From the NCBI GenBank assembly GCA_963514005.1, contig OY740798.1:11222001-11286000 (forward strand): a stretch of 64,000 nt of DNA, written 5' to 3'. This stretch comes from Raja brachyura. Its lineage: Eukaryota. Below are positions 1 through 13,640 of this stretch, one piece after another. Position 1 is the first letter of the stretch. The number at the start of each line of letters is the position of its first letter. The notes beneath the pieces are model-generated. The model did not search any database. It saw nothing but the letters and a program-made list of their open reading frames with translations, and had not been told where the DNA came from. Made by a program: the position numbers and the translations under genes.

Positions 1-965
1 GCTTAGAAGAGTTCGCCCTCGACTCAAACTCGCAGCATGGTCGACACATGGTCCTAGGAGGTCCTATGAGGTCACTGGAACTCCCGTTGGTCTTACCCTG
101 CAACTGGTCCAAAACACCGCAGCGAGACTCTTGACGGGCACCCGAAAAAGGGACCACATCACCCCGATTCTGGCCTCTCCACTGGCTCCCTGTGCGGTTC
201 CGAATAAATTTCAAGATCCTTCTTTATGTCTACAAAGCCCTTAACGGGCTTGTCCCCACCTACATCAAAAGTCTGCTTACCCAGCACACCACCTCCAGGT
301 CCCTCAGATTGGCCGACTTGGGGTCATTGAACATCCCGCGGTCGAGGCATAAGCTCAGGGGCGACCACGCATTTACGATTGCAGCTCCTAGACTGTGTAA
401 CTTAAACTCGAGACTTAAGTCTTTCTTGACGTCCCCTGGGGGAGGGCTATAACTATGTATTTATGTATGTACTTAATCTATGAACCACTGTTGTATTACG
501 TTAGTACCTCCACCAATGTAAAGCACTTTGGTCAACGAGAGTTGTTTTTTAAATGTGCTATAGAAATAAAAGTGACTTGACTTGACTCGTTCATGCTCAA
601 GGGAAGTTCCCACATACTCGTGGCCTCAGTTTGGTCGAGGATAACTTTTCAGCATGTTGAAAAAATTTCCGCGAGTAAAAATTGGCTCAGCATGGTTCTT
701 TTGAACTCGTAGTGCAGTGGGGTCACTCTGTAGTTATAGGCAGTCGAGGGCAGCCGTAGGCAATCTCTTTTGCTGACCGGGCATTTTAATTGGCTCTTTG
801 GAGTTTTCAAGACCAAGGAAAACCGACCAGTAGGTTAAATGCCCGCTAAACTTTATTATATGTTGTCTGGCTTATTAAAAGTGTTGCCACTCCTTCTCCC
901 CCCCTTCCCCCGCTTTCTAAAGGACTTAACGTAACTGTGCCACCCATTTCCACTTTTTTCTACCT
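1..965. mobile_element. PIF/Harbinger-like MITE, partial, interrupted by an L2 fragment
   Basis: 1-83 and about 586-965 are the reverse complement of the interior of the TIR element at 11984-12689 (e.g. gccctcgactcaaactcgcagcatggtcgacac; ggcagtcgagggcagccgtaggcaatctc). Confidence 0.8.
84..587 (+). mobile_element. L2-clade LINE 3' fragment
   Basis: Encodes LQLVQNTAARLLTGTRKRDHITPIL..HWLPVRFRINFKILLYVYKALNGL, typical of the L2 RT C-terminus. Ends in AATAAA plus a (GACTT)n tail. Confidence 0.9.
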
Positions 966-1999
966 GTGGGAAAAAATTAATAAGTACATTTGTGTTTCCA
1001 AATGCAATACTTCCCTATTTCTAAACTCGAACCACTCTTGCAGTAAGTCAATATGCTTGTTGCAATTTCATGGTGAACCTTTTGTGATTTGTACACAAGA
1101 GATTCCCAGATTATCATGTGAATTAGCAAAATGATCAAAATATCTTGCATCCAAAGGTATGATTATGAAAAATATTCATTGTTTAAGTGAAGTTCCACAG
1201 CATTTCCATTAATAATTTATTACACCTGGAACACATAGTTGTTTTTATATTGGGGAAAGTGCTGTGCTGCTGTTCGGACGCAAAAGTCTTGCATAGTTGG
1301 CAGCAACCTGATAAAGCTATTCAAACTAGCATAGCCTGGCAAAGAATGAATATCATCATGGATATCATGACATTTAAAAGCAATTTCATTTGGAAGAAAA
1401 CCTGCAAGCTAGATTCACAAAAGAAATATTGATCACAAATGTAAAAATACCTTCATAATTATCGTTATTGTCATGCAAGGAAGCAGTGTCGGGGGATTGG
1501 CTCAACGTCTAAGTGGCTTCTAATCAACTGAGCTGATGTCAGTTCAACAATATTCTGGCTCCTGGGAGCCAATAGAAATGTTACTATTCAAGCTGAAATA
1601 ATCTCCCCATTCACTTAAACCACAATGGATATTTCTAGATATCACATCAACACATATCAAAAATTTATGTTGTTATAGCTTGCAAAGCTATGGTTCCAAC
1701 AAACCCCACATGTTAAAGCAAGAGAAAGAAAAGGTAGTACATCACTTACCTGCACTCACCTTTTCACTCAGGGTCGGCTACGCAATTCAAATGGATTTGA
1801 CTGCCTATTTATGCCAGCAAGACCAAAGTGCATAGGGCTATGCATGGGCTATGTGTTCTGTCCCTATACTCAGTGGCAAATCTGAAACTGGACCCCTAAC
1901 CTCCAACTCATCGCTGAATTTTGTTTTTCATCGCACTAGCTTTGAACATCGAAACAAGCTGAGAAAGAGATAGCTGATGGTTTCCAATGGGACCTCCAG

Positions 2000-2880
2000 C
2001 AAGGGATGAGCACCATTCTACCCAATACAAATGATGCTGGTGACTGACAAACACAAAACCTCAAGATATTTAAGTGACCCCAAAGAAAATAATCTAAGGT
2101 CCATTTTTGTTAGACTAATATAAAATGCATGTCCTCTTATATTCCCACTGGGAGAAAGTAACAACATAGGAAATAGTGCAAGAGTTGGCAATTTGGTCTT
2201 AAAGCCTTTAAATTCCAAATTTAACACGATCACTCCTGATCTTCTTAGACAACAGAATTTTGCTGCAGTGAGCATTTTGTAAATTTCAATGAGATCCCTC
2301 ATCGTTCCAAGTCTACACAAAGAATACATCAACAAAATTCAATGCTAGAATAACTCAGTGGGACAAGCAGCAGCAGCGAGGGAAGGGGCAGGTGACGTTT
2401 CAGATTAGGACCCTTCTTCAGACCCTTCTTCTTCAGGAGTCTGGAGAAGGGTCCAGACAAAAAACATCAGGTGTCCATTCCCTCCCCAGATTCTGACTGA
2501 CCCGCTTAGTCCCTCAACCATTGGTTTGCTCAAGTTTCCAGCATCTGCAGTTTCTTGTGCCTGTAGAGAATACATGACTAGTCTAATTGATGTCTCATAA
2601 TATGACAATACCATCATCCAGTAAACTCTGTCAATGCACTAGTTGTCCTTTTTTAGATAAGGAGACCAACGATGTACACATCATGATGCAGTCTCACAAA
2701 GGCTGAAATTTATATATTCTAGCACTCAAATCCTCTTTTAAAAAAAAGCCAACATACTATCTGTATTCCTGATTGCAAGCTGAAGCTACATGGTTTCTTT
2801 CAGTGTATACAACCGTATCAATCCCTCTGAACATCAAATTAACCAATAATTCGCCATTTAAAAAAAAACTCTACTTTCCT
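2000..2880 (-). mobile_element. Old CR1 LINE remnant split by an inverted Penelope pLTR fragment (about 2330-2560)
   Basis: Minus-strand peptide YSLCRLGTMRDLIEIYKML is CR1-like. 2330-2560 has gacccttcttcagac / tctggagaagggtc in inverted arrangement. Confidence 0.65.
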
Positions 2881-3844
2881 GTTCAAGCATCAAAATGGAT
2901 AACTGTAGATCTTCCACATTGTATTGCATCTGCATGTTCCTTTGTAATTAGTCAGCCTGGCTATTTTTCCTTGATGCCTCTCTACATCTTCTTCTGTACT
3001 CACAGGATGCCACTTCCTTAGGGACAAGTTGAGTGTACAGGAACTTTAATTGTTTGCATGGATACTCATGCTGTTTAACAAGCTAAAATCCATATTGCAA
3101 TCCACATCCATAATCCTAAAATTTCAGAACACTAGCAAACCTCTTAATGATTGTCCAGTTAGAATGCTACCACTTGTATGTCCAAACATCTGATCATAAG
3201 CACATATGAATCCCAAAACACTCTTGGCTTCAGTATTGAGGCAATTCTTCACATCTGTGTTCCTACATCTTCCTTATTAATGCATCATTTTGAGTTTTGT
3301 AGACAAATATGGGGTAATATATGTTCATATACAAAAATGTATATTCATAATTTTCCAGCCTCAATAAGGGATGCATCCATAAGTACATCATGGTGATCTG
3401 TCGGTGCAAGTGTCAGGGAAGTTTAGGCCCCAAGATGGCATTCGCACATCGGAGGAAGAATGTAATAGGATCAAGTGTATATTGATCCATATGCATATTG
3501 TTGGTTCCAGCTCCACATGAAACATGAAACTGGATTCCTGTCTTCTCAAGTGGACATAGCACTATTTGAGAAACAGAACAGCAATTCTCTATACGTCCCA
3601 GGAAAGCATTTCCTTTTAATCCTGTTTATGTGTTCTTACTTTGGTCAAATTGATTCGGGACATCAGAACAATGCCCACTTTCCAAGGAGAATTCAAGAGC
3701 CTTGATAATGTGTTGTTGCTATATCATTGCCAGTTCTTTCTTTCTCTATATCCTTACAACTAAAAGCAGTAACATTATTACTTATCTACCATCTGCTTAA
3801 TGAAAAACCATTCAGAGAATCCTCCCCATTTGGTTGAAGGTAGA

Positions 3845-3955
3845 ACCATCTTTGGAAGAAGGGTTCCAACCTAAAACGCCACCTATTCTTTTTCTCCAGA
3901 GATGCTGCCAAACACGAAGAGTTACTCCATCTTTTTGTATCTATCTTTGGTAATA
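3845..3955 (+). repeat. Penelope pLTR-derived short repeat
   Basis: gaagaagggttccaacctaaaacgccacctattcttttctccagagatgctgcc; same family as 11200-11335. Confidence 0.7.
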
Positions 3956-5449
3956 AAGGTGTTGATTTCAATTTCTGACATTTTCAAGATAACTACTAAA
4001 TCCAGGTCACAACCATTGGGATACATTTCATCATTAACAATTGTTTTACATTTTAGAAACTTGCCACTTCAGCATTGCTAATATGCATAACTATTTCTGT
4101 TCGTATGACTTCATTATATTGATCTCCACTGACTGAAAAGGAATGTAAAACATCCATTATGCTGATTGAGGAAAGAGTGCACATGGATTAGGATTAAAAC
4201 TGATTTTCTATTGGTTCAGTGATGCCTGAATCAGGTAGATCAACTAATAGCTCGAGGCTTGCAGAGCCAAATAAAAATCTACTTTTGGAAACAGGTTTCC
4301 TAAAACCAGGTTCCAAAAAGATAGCAATTGAGCCATTCTGCCTCCTTGACCTTATTCTACTATTTAATTATATACACTGCCTTGATCCATAGCTCTTAGC
4401 ATCCTTCACTTTACAAAAATAGATCAATCTCAGTCATGACAATTGTAATTTATCACTCTATGAAAAGGGAGGATAATGTTTGGAGAATAAAACGATAGGT
4501 TTTACCTTTGGTCCATCAGATATTGCTGACAGATGCGTGGATTTCACAACAAATACATTAATTGGACATTAAAATGTAAAAAGTTGCGAATGATGGAGAC
4601 GCAACAGACAACTGAAAATTCTACGTTTTCAGCAGACCAGGCAGCATCTGTGAAGAGAGAAATGTTGTCGATCTTTCCGGATGAAGACTTTCCATCACAA
4701 TGATTAAAATGTTGATAAAAGGTCATAAATCTGAATTGTTAGCACTGTTTCTCAACCTACAGATGCTGCGTAATCTGGTTATTGTTAATTTAGAGATCCT
4801 GCAGAGCACAAAATGACAGTTTTATTTTCTACTCTATACATGTGCATAATTATCATAGGTGAACGTGATACTAACAGTGAAAATAAAGAACGTTGCTCTT
4901 AGTTTCATGATGCTTCAACATGTGTGTTAACAACTGAGAAAACTATGCTTTGAGATATAATAGATAATTAAATTTCAAGCTCTCTATGGGATAATACACA
5001 GCAGTAGCATTCGAACCAATGTTAAAATAAAAGTCTCAATACATGTAAAACAAAGCATATTCATTTTATCAAGTAAATTAAAAACACAATGCACTTCCAG
5101 TCAAACTGCTGGCAGCATTTTGGTTGGTGCAAGCTTTCGCTTGTTATATCACTCTTTCATTAAAAATTATTCCTACAAGTGATCTAACCATTCTAGAGTT
5201 CATGTTACAATCGGCAGACTTGGATGAACATCTTTTTGTCACTTTCCTAAATATTTACTTTGCAAGCTTTTAAAACTGAATTATTCTTGCATGTTCTGTA
5301 TTGCAAACCTAAGACAGCACTTCACATTATATCTTCTGATATCGAACATGAAAGGTTTAATAGGCTAAAACTAATTTGGGTGATTTTCGTCACCTCCTTA
5401 AACATTCTGATTCAATAATCTGGAACCAGCTTTCAGAATTTATTTATGG

Positions 5450-6100
5450 CATTTTATAGTGACATGTGGGCAAGTGACTTTATTTAAAATATAAAGACAT
5501 GATGCACCACAAATGGGGCTGCTTTTTCTTCTTCTCTGCCTCTGTCGGCTAAAGGTCTCTTGATAAAAATAAAACGATCCCAGCATATGGAGTAGTTGCT
5601 ATGTCCTTCCGGGGATGGTCTGCAGCTATGCGCACCACAGGCACGCCAAGGAGAGGTGACTTGTCAAATGCAATTTCAATCATTGGGTGGGTTGGATGAA
5701 GCAGATTAGTTGTATGCAATCATGATAGATAGTTTATCCCAGCCTCAAACCGCCGCTTGGGAAATCTTGCACGCAAACGAACAGAAACTCAGTCATTATT
5801 AGTGTCAAGAAGCCATACGGAGACACAATTTGGTTGCCAGCCAGGCAACGTTGAATCATGCCGAAAAAGAAGTGACCAATTGCAGTTTTTAAAAGGAAAT
5901 GGATAGTGATGTTGTTATTTGGAATTGTTTCAAACAGAGGGAAAATAAAATCATAAATGTTGAATATTTTACTCATTACATTTTAATGCCCCTCACTGAT
6001 GTTAGACTGAGTGAATGTAAATTAAGTGCATTAGTGCCCTAATTCTTTTCCCCTTGATCCTAGAAGTTGCAAAGGGGCAGGATGGATGCAGTAAGCAGTG
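5450..6100. promoter_or_regulatory. Candidate conserved PAX6 enhancer (possible SIMO orthologue)
   Basis: Repeat-free non-coding block about 16 kb into ELP4 intron 9. Contains TGACA/TGTCA (MEIS-type) sites and a partial PAX6 paired-domain-like site (5851-5868, minus strand tttttcggcatgattcaa). Assignment is by position and motif only. Confidence 0.45.
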
Positions 6101-7469
6101 TGTACTATATTACTCATTCAAAAAAAAATCCTTCAATAAAGCAACTGCAGAATTTATCTGCCACTTTATAAATCATATTTCTTGCATGAGGTCAAAAAAT
6201 GCTTGTGCAGAATAATTGTTCTTTTCTCCATGCATTCTGTCTTCTAAAAATAAAACATATTAAAAATTAACAAAAGCAGAGAAGGCCTTAAGTCCAATGC
6301 CTGAAGCAAAATGCTTTGACAAACCTAGCAGCTCTTTCTGTGCTTTTCCAAATGCACTTGTCACTCAGTATTATCCATCCTCATTAATGACAATGGGAAA
6401 GTTTATCTTAGAAACAGGTTTTAAATCATCTACTGTTTACAAGGGGAGCATGAAATCTCCTACAAAACAGAAGGCGGGAACAACTTCCACAACAAAATCA
6501 CTTTTGGCAGATATAATGTCTAAATCACATTGCATGTTAAAATTTGAACTTCTTGGGTTTCATATTTTTTGATGAAAGATTCATTATTGATTTGTGACTG
6601 ACAGCAAAAATAATTTCTAATGTAGTAAAAGAAACACCCAGATCGAAGGTGTGGGAAAGTTATTTCTAGCCATAGTTTTTGTGCAGATGTAAACGCAGAC
6701 AAGCAGAGATAGCCTGTGGCTACAGTGTTGTAACAGAATGGATGAACATTCCTCCATGTATCAGCCCAGCCCAGATAATTAAACAGCCCTACAGTAATTG
6801 CACTTGTTTGAAATCATCTGCAAAGAACTGGGCTTTTGCTAGGCATGATAGAATTACTAGTTATTCATTTTGGTTGGGTGATGAATTTTCAAGCCTCAAA
6901 AAAATCTAACATGCTCACAATATGAAAATCTGTCAATGTAGACTTTTGCAAATAAATCGTAAGATTCAACATATAAAGCAGTAATCAACGGAAATATTTG
7001 AAACAGGTACCAAACATTATCTCAAACACGCAACCTACATTGCAATGGATCCTCGTCGCAAAGTTACTTGAATCTCAATCAACATGTGCAATAGGGAGTA
7101 AAGTTAATGCTTTTAACTCTACATTCTCATGACTCCTTCTAGTACGCTAATTCAGCATTCACGTCGCTGCACACTTCCCATTTTCCAGAAGGCATAAATT
7201 TCTATCAGAATCATGCCCCACAGCCTCCCGATATCTTGCAGTACTTCCTCCAAATGGTCTTTTTCATTCAACAGGCACCAAATATCAGCAGCTTCCATAG
7301 TAATGCTAACACTCAAATACATTTTCCACTTTGAAGTGCAAGCAAAAGGAAGGGGTAACAACAGCTCATTGTTTTCTCCCTGAGATCCACAGACTCCAAA
7401 ACCAGTAATATTTTTGCAGAGGCCATGCTATGTGGAATTAAAAAAATAGAACAATGGAAGATCTGAGTT

Positions 7470-7830
7470 GGTTTGGCTGTATCCATGGAAGCATGAGGTG
7501 TGAATTGACATTAAGGTGAAGATCATGCATCAGGACTGAATGAAAGAGAAAATATTGCCAGTAGGTAGCAGTATGAGAATGGAGGTTGGGACAGAGGCAA
7601 TGTAGGTGATAGATGGAACAAGATGGAGAAGGGATGACGGGTAGATGGAACCAGTCGGGTAGGAGAATGGGAGAGATGATCAAAGGTTGAAGAGAACTAC
7701 CGGTGACCTGAAATTGTAAAATTCAATATTCATACCATTGATTTATAGGCTGCACAAATGAACTGCACAAGACAGTTTTCTTCCAATTTGGCCTCTCGTT
7801 AGGTCAAAGTGGAAGTGGGAAGGAGTGTTA
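7470..7830 (-). mobile_element. Degenerate Penelope-like element fragment
   Basis: Purine-rich tract then cctgaaattgtaaaattcaatattcatacc...ttccaatt, homologous to 18710-18800. Confidence 0.6.
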
Positions 7831-9177
7831 AAATGAAATGCAATAAAAGCTCAAAATGCAAAGAACTTTAAAATTTCCTGAATTCTATGTACAATTATAA
7901 AATATTTTGTCCGTTTAGCATACTTTAATTACATTTATTTCTTAGCCAAGGGCGAGAGACAATTACATTTCTTAGACAATTTTGACAGCATCCCTACTGT
8001 AAATTAATTTTCCGAAAAACTATTGGTCCACTTTAGAATGCAAGACAGATTTTAAATTACATTAGCTTTTCTCTTCTTCAGTTGCATTCACTTCTTCCAA
8101 ATGTTGTGTTCTATCCATCAATCCATCATCCTTGCAGCATAACGGCTGAATCTGGTCACCAACTTCCTTGACATGAATGGTTCATTCAGGTTGACATTCA
8201 GGGTCCTTATATGGTTATCAAATATAAGAATCCAAGTTATATTTGATTACAATTATATCAGTTATATTCTCATTACAAAGATATTCTGGGACAAACTATG
8301 TCCTCTATCATTGCCAATAGACAGAAATCTCAGAACTGAACTGACAATGTTCCTGGCCTGCAAAAACATAAAGAATTTCAAATAACAATTGAGAAAATAA
8401 AAGAATGGATACAAGTTTGTATCCAAGTTCATCCAGAACCAGAATGGATAGATAATCCATATTGTCTTCCAATTGACCTCCTCACCTCCTACATGCTAGT
8501 CTCCAGCCAAGTTGATTTGCTCTATGGAATATTCAGAAATGTCTGAGCTGAAATGCTCATAAACTCCTGGATCAGTTTGTTTGCTCTATGTAATCTGTTG
8601 GTGCTGTACAACATTGTCCAAACAATAAAGATCCTGGAAACTGTGGATCACAGGACCCTCTGCTCAACAAATACGGACGGAGCTGATGAAGTTCATTGCA
8701 GCCAGCATTACAACTGTTCAGCCTTTAACCATCTGAGAAGGAGTAAATTGAAGGAGAAGTGTTGAGGATGGCACGGGGAAGAGCAAATCGCTCTGCAGGA
8801 ACTGATGGCATGGAACTAATAGCCTTCTTCTATGTTGTAATGAGTGTTTATCCAGTTGCAAATCCTCTATTAATGAAGCAAGATCCGGCCTGAAATGTGG
8901 CAGATAATGTCCTTACTTCATTAGTGCCAGGGGATGACCACCATCAGAAACACAGAGTTCCATCAGCTCCCCAACAATTTTCAAAGCTTGCAGTATGCGC
9001 TATTTGCATGCTTTTTGCTGAGGTACATGCTATATGGTACAGTATGTATTAACAGCACATCAGTGATGGATGATATCAAATTTTAGCCAGCGTTAGCTAA
9101 CTAACATAATGCTGAATATTAGACTCTTGATGTGCCAAACTGCTTTGACCTTGATATGCCAAGCTAGTACAGTCTGG

Positions 9178-9277
9178 TGGGTTACACAAAAAGCTGGAGA
9201 AACTCAGCGGGTGCAGCAGCATCTAAGGAGTGAAGGAGATAGGCGCGTTTCGGGTCGAGACCCTTCTTCAGACTGGT
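9178..9277 (-). repeat. Penelope pLTR fragment
   Basis: gggttacacaaaaagctggagaaactcagcgggtgcagcagcatc...gtttcgggtcgagacccttcttcagac; near-identical to the 57498-57584 subfamily. Confidence 0.8.
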
Positions 9278-10509
9278 GTAGTCTAAGCTTTGTACATGGT
9301 GAGACGGCAAAAGGGAGTTAGCTAAGCAACAGGTAATATTCACCAGGAAGTGGAGCACTCAACACAGAATGTTCCAGTAGTCATTCCAATTATTCAGTTT
9401 ATAGAGTCACATTTCTAATCATCACTAGGATGCCAAGCGCATGCTCTATACCAATCTGTGAGGAACACAGCTGTGGTATTGACCATCTGAACATTTCTGG
9501 TGCCCTCCTCTCTCTGACCTGCTTTCATCTAAATTAGCTATACTTCATATCCTTTCTGGTTCAATCTTGACACTGTTGTTAAAATTACAGACAAAGACAT
9601 TGATATTTATTGAGCAGATTTCTGTTGAGCAGGCTGGATACCAACTCCCAACACCACACACTAATATTCTCTGGTCATTGAACTGAAGCCACCGTTTTGT
9701 CAGACTTCACCTACTCTAGCAAATCTGGTTGCCAAGGCCTCAAACATCATTGTCCCTGCAACCACCCCTCTCCTTTCCCACCCCACAAACATTTGAAGTT
9801 TAATCTTTTTGATAATTCACCAAAAGAGTTGCTATGGAAAACACAATGTGTCAGCCTGCTTTTAAAATACAGAATTTAATTATTCACACCTTAACTATTT
9901 TTTCTCCTCTTGTTCAGTTCCTTCCAGCCTATGAAACTTTCTGATGCCTTCCATGTGCATAAAAAAAAGTTTCTGAGAAGTAATAATCTCCTCTAACAGG
10001 GCACATCAATTTCCCTCATCTAGAACAGGACAGTTTATGTGTTTTCCACAAACAAAGGCACGACCAGCTTACATCTATCACCACCCACTTCCAGTGCAGC
10101 CTGGTTGAATTTGATCCTTCGTTGAACAACTCGTGAGTTGACATCTCTCTTGACTACACCTGTCTTTTCATTGAATAAACAGAATAATACGTGGTCAACC
10201 ACAGACAACAAAAAAGAGCAGGCAGGTTGTTCAGGAGACCCTTGAGGGCATCTTGCTCTCTAATTAGTAATCAGTTATGAATAATGATGGGGGAGAAGAT
10301 TCCCCTGGGGAATGCAGCCAGGGCCAAGGCCATAATGCCATGGGTGGATCGGCTGTACAGGGAGTAAAATAAAAGGTCAAGAAAGCAATAGTTAACAAGA
10401 TTTTGTACAGGTGTAGCAAGGCATTTCTGCAATAGCTCATGTTATTCTCCAATGATGCATTTCTGCTTGATGCCAGGATCGGGATATCACAGCACATCTG
10501 TCGAACATT

Positions 10510-11460
10510 AGGGCTTTATGGCAAATAAATGGTAGGTGGGGGCAGAGAAATGGCAGATGGAGGTGGCGAAATGGCAGATGGAGTTTAATCCGAGCAAGTA
10601 TGAGGTATTGCAGTTCGGGAGGTCGAATGTAAGGGGAATGTATTAAAGATAATTAAAAGCATTGACATGCAGAAGTATCTTGGGGTTCAAGTCCATAGCT
10701 TCCTGAAAGTGACAACAGAAATAGATAGAGTGGTACAGAAGGTAAATGATATGCTTGCCTTGATCAGTCGAGATATTGAGTATGTCAGAATGTTGTGATG
10801 TAGCTCTATAAAACTGGTTTGGCTACTTCTGAAATATTGCGTGCTGTTCTGGTCACCCTATTACAGGATGAAGAGATGTTGGAGATTACAGAAGAGGTTT
10901 AGGGGGTATTAGCTACAAGGAGACGTTGGACAGACTTGGATTGTTTGTCCTTGAGCATTGGAAGATGAGGGGAGAACAGATAGAAATATATAAATTTACA
11001 AGAACCATAGATAGGAAGACAGTCAGAACATTTTTCTCCAGGGTGAAATGTCAAAAACTAGAGGGCATTGATTTAAGGCGGGAAGGATAAAGTTTAAAGG
11101 AGATGTGTGGGGCATCATACAGATTGGCGGGTGCCTGGGACATGGTGCCAGGGGTGAAGGCAGGTGATAGGGGCTTTTTAAATAAGCACAAAGTCATGCA
11201 GTCTGAAGAAGGGTCTCAACCCGAAACGTCACCCATTCCTTTTCTCCAGAGATGCTGCCTGTCCCGCTGAGTTATTCCAGCATTTTGTGTCTACCTTCGA
11301 TTTAAACAGGCATCTGCAGCTCTTTCCTACACATAGGGAATTGAGAGATATGGATCATGTGCAGGCAGATAAGATTAGTTTATCTTGGCATCATGTTTGG
11401 CACAGACATTGTGGGCAGATGGGTCTTCTTTTGTGTCATACCATTCTATATTTTACGTTC
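10510..11460 (+). mobile_element. Old CR1 LINE 3' fragment with a Penelope pLTR insertion at about 11200-11335
   Basis: aaatggcagatggagtttaatccgagcaag (KWQMEFNP) and a CR1-type 3' UTR. The inserted piece reads gtctgaagaagggtctcaacccgaaacgtcacc...gagatgctgcc. Confidence 0.85.
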
Positions 11461-11899
11461 ATTCTGGAGGAGAAGACTAAGCTGTGAGGGTTGTCATCAA
11501 TACTGAAAACAATGGTAGAAAAAAGAGTTTGTAAAGAGATTTAGAAGTTGCACTTTAAAGGTAGTTCTAGATCCATGCACCAGCCATGACCAAAAAAGGT
11601 GAATAACACAGATGAAAGCATAGCTAGAGAATTAATACAGGTGGGTGGGGTTTGCATTCCCAGAGCAATGGAACCAGTACTGTGGAACGTGGAATCTGTA
11701 CAGGCCAGTAAGAGCCAAGACCAATATCATCACGTCATTTTACCAGTACTGCTACATTGGATTTAGAGGGAAGGGAATTCGAAAGCTGAGCAAAGATTCA
11801 GAAGGGATGAATGGAAATGGAAGGTTGAAAACAAAAGCGATATTTTTTAAAGGAAAAGGGACAAAAAAGGTGTCTGATCTGCTTAATGCCAATATTTTA

Positions 11900-12925
11900 G
11901 TATTAGTTTAGTTTTAGAGATACGGTGCGGAAACAGGACCCGAGGTCCACCGACCGCACCAACCAGAGGTCTCCGCACATTAAAAGGCCTGTCCCAATGA
12001 CTCGGCTTTACAGCAACTGTCTTCGACCTTCAAGCTCGAGGGTACTCGCCTGGGAAACCTCGAGCTGGACACACACACACGCAGGGGCCAGGGAAAGCGG
12101 GGGAACGCTGTTTGAAATTCACACCCGCGATGAACAGGAAGGTAAAAGACGACAGCACAGTGTACGGTAAGTCTTTTAGAGAGCGCGGAGCGGGGGGGGG
12201 GGGAGGGGTGAGAAGGGGAAAGAAGGGGAAAGAAGGGGGAAGAAGGGTGGGAGAAGGGGGGGGAGATGGAGTGGAGACACTTTTAAGAAGCCAGACAACT
12301 TCTAATAAAGTTTACCGGTCATTTTTCCTTGTTCCTGAAAACTCCAATGAGTCAATTAAAATGCACGGTCAGCAAAGGAGATTGCCTACGGCTGCCCTCG
12401 ACTGCTTATAACCACATAGCGACCCTACTCCACTGCACTATGAGTTCAAAAGAACCATGCCGGCCAATTGTTGCTCACGGAAAATGTTTCAACATGTTTC
12501 AAATGTTTCAACATGTGCCCTCGACCAAACTGAGGCTGCGAGTATGCGGGAACTTCCCTCGAGCATGAACGAGAGTTCAAGTGACCTAAAATGACCTCCT
12601 AGGACCACGTGTCGACCATGCTGCGAGTTTGAGTCGAGGGCAAACTCTTCTAAACTCGCCGAATAGGTTGCCACAGTAGGACAGCCTCTTAACACTATCC
12701 TACATACACTACGGACAATTTACACTTATACCGAGCCAACTTACCTAAATACTTGTATATCTTTGTAGTGTGGGAGGAAACCGAAGATCTCGGAGAAAAC
12801 CCGCGCGGTCACGGGGAGAACATACAAATTCCATCGAGACAGCACCCGTAGTCGGGATTGAACCCGGGTCCGTGATGCAGCAAGCACTGGAAGGCAGCAA
12901 CTCTACCGCTGCGCCACCGTGCTGC
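11900..12925 (-). mobile_element. tRNA-derived HE1-type (V-SINE) element, interrupted by a MITE
   Basis: Minus-strand head gcacggtggcgcagcggtagagttgctgcc with a B-box-like ggttcaatcc, core ggttttctccgagatcttcggtttcctcccaca, and a CR1-like tail ending in (CTAAA)n. Confidence 0.85.
11984..12689. mobile_element. Full-length PIF/Harbinger-like MITE with TAA target-site duplication
   Basis: taa|aaggcctgtcccaat ... agtaggacagcctct|taa: imperfect 15-bp TIRs and a 3-bp TAA TSD. The host SINE sequence resumes exactly on both sides. Confidence 0.85.
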
Positions 12926-13640
12926 AGAAAGGCAAAAAGTATAGTGAATAAGGCAGATGAGTTGAGCGCACTAAATGTTGCTTAGAAGTATGACATCACA
13001 GCTATTATAGAGATGAGGCAGATGGAGGATTAGCACTGGAAGCTTTTGTAACTGGTTCCAGAGTTTTCAGATGTGACAGAGGAGAGCACAACAAAGGGCA
13101 GTCATGAGTAAGGCAGTGACAATATTTTTGTTTAATGCTTTTTTCCGGACCTATGTACCGTTGGCAAGGTCAGCATGTACTGCTCAATCTTAAATGTCCT
13201 CCAACAGAGTCGCTTGCTGGTTATTTCAAAGGACCTTTAAGAGTCAACCACATTGCTCCAGGTCAAGAGTGATCTATAGGCCAGGCTGCATAAAGAATCT
13301 CAAAATCTCAGGAATGTTACAACGATGAACAAGAAAAAGGGAACAAATAAAGATGTACTGCAGACCCCAAGCAGTCTGAAGGAGGTAGAAAAAAATTCTG
13401 ATAAATGCAAAAACATTAGGGCAGTAACATGTGGGAATTTAATTTATCGTAATATTAACTAGGATACTGTCTGTGTAAACAGTTTCAAGAAGCTGCAGTT
13501 TTCAGAAGAACCCTTTAAACTAATTACCAAGCAAGATTAACCAGCGGAGTAACGAGGGGAAATTCTGTATTAAGTTCTAGGAAATTAAGTTCGATACATG
13601 GAATAGGTTTTAGTTTAAGAGCATTTTTGACATCATTCAG
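12926..13640 (+). mobile_element. Highly degenerate CR1 fragment (endonuclease region)
   Basis: agtatagtgaataaggcagatgag..tatgacatcacagctatt resembles CR1 APE motif SIxNKxDEL..YDIxAI; many stops. Confidence 0.55.

Noticed and set aside
1749-1885. Possible minus-strand exon (tttcag ... CAG|gtaagt)
   Set aside because: Stops in all three frames and no ELP4 similarity; a non-coding exon cannot be excluded.
12840-12925. tRNA-like sequence (also 41690-41760)
   Set aside because: It is the tRNA-derived head of an HE1-type SINE, not a tRNA gene.
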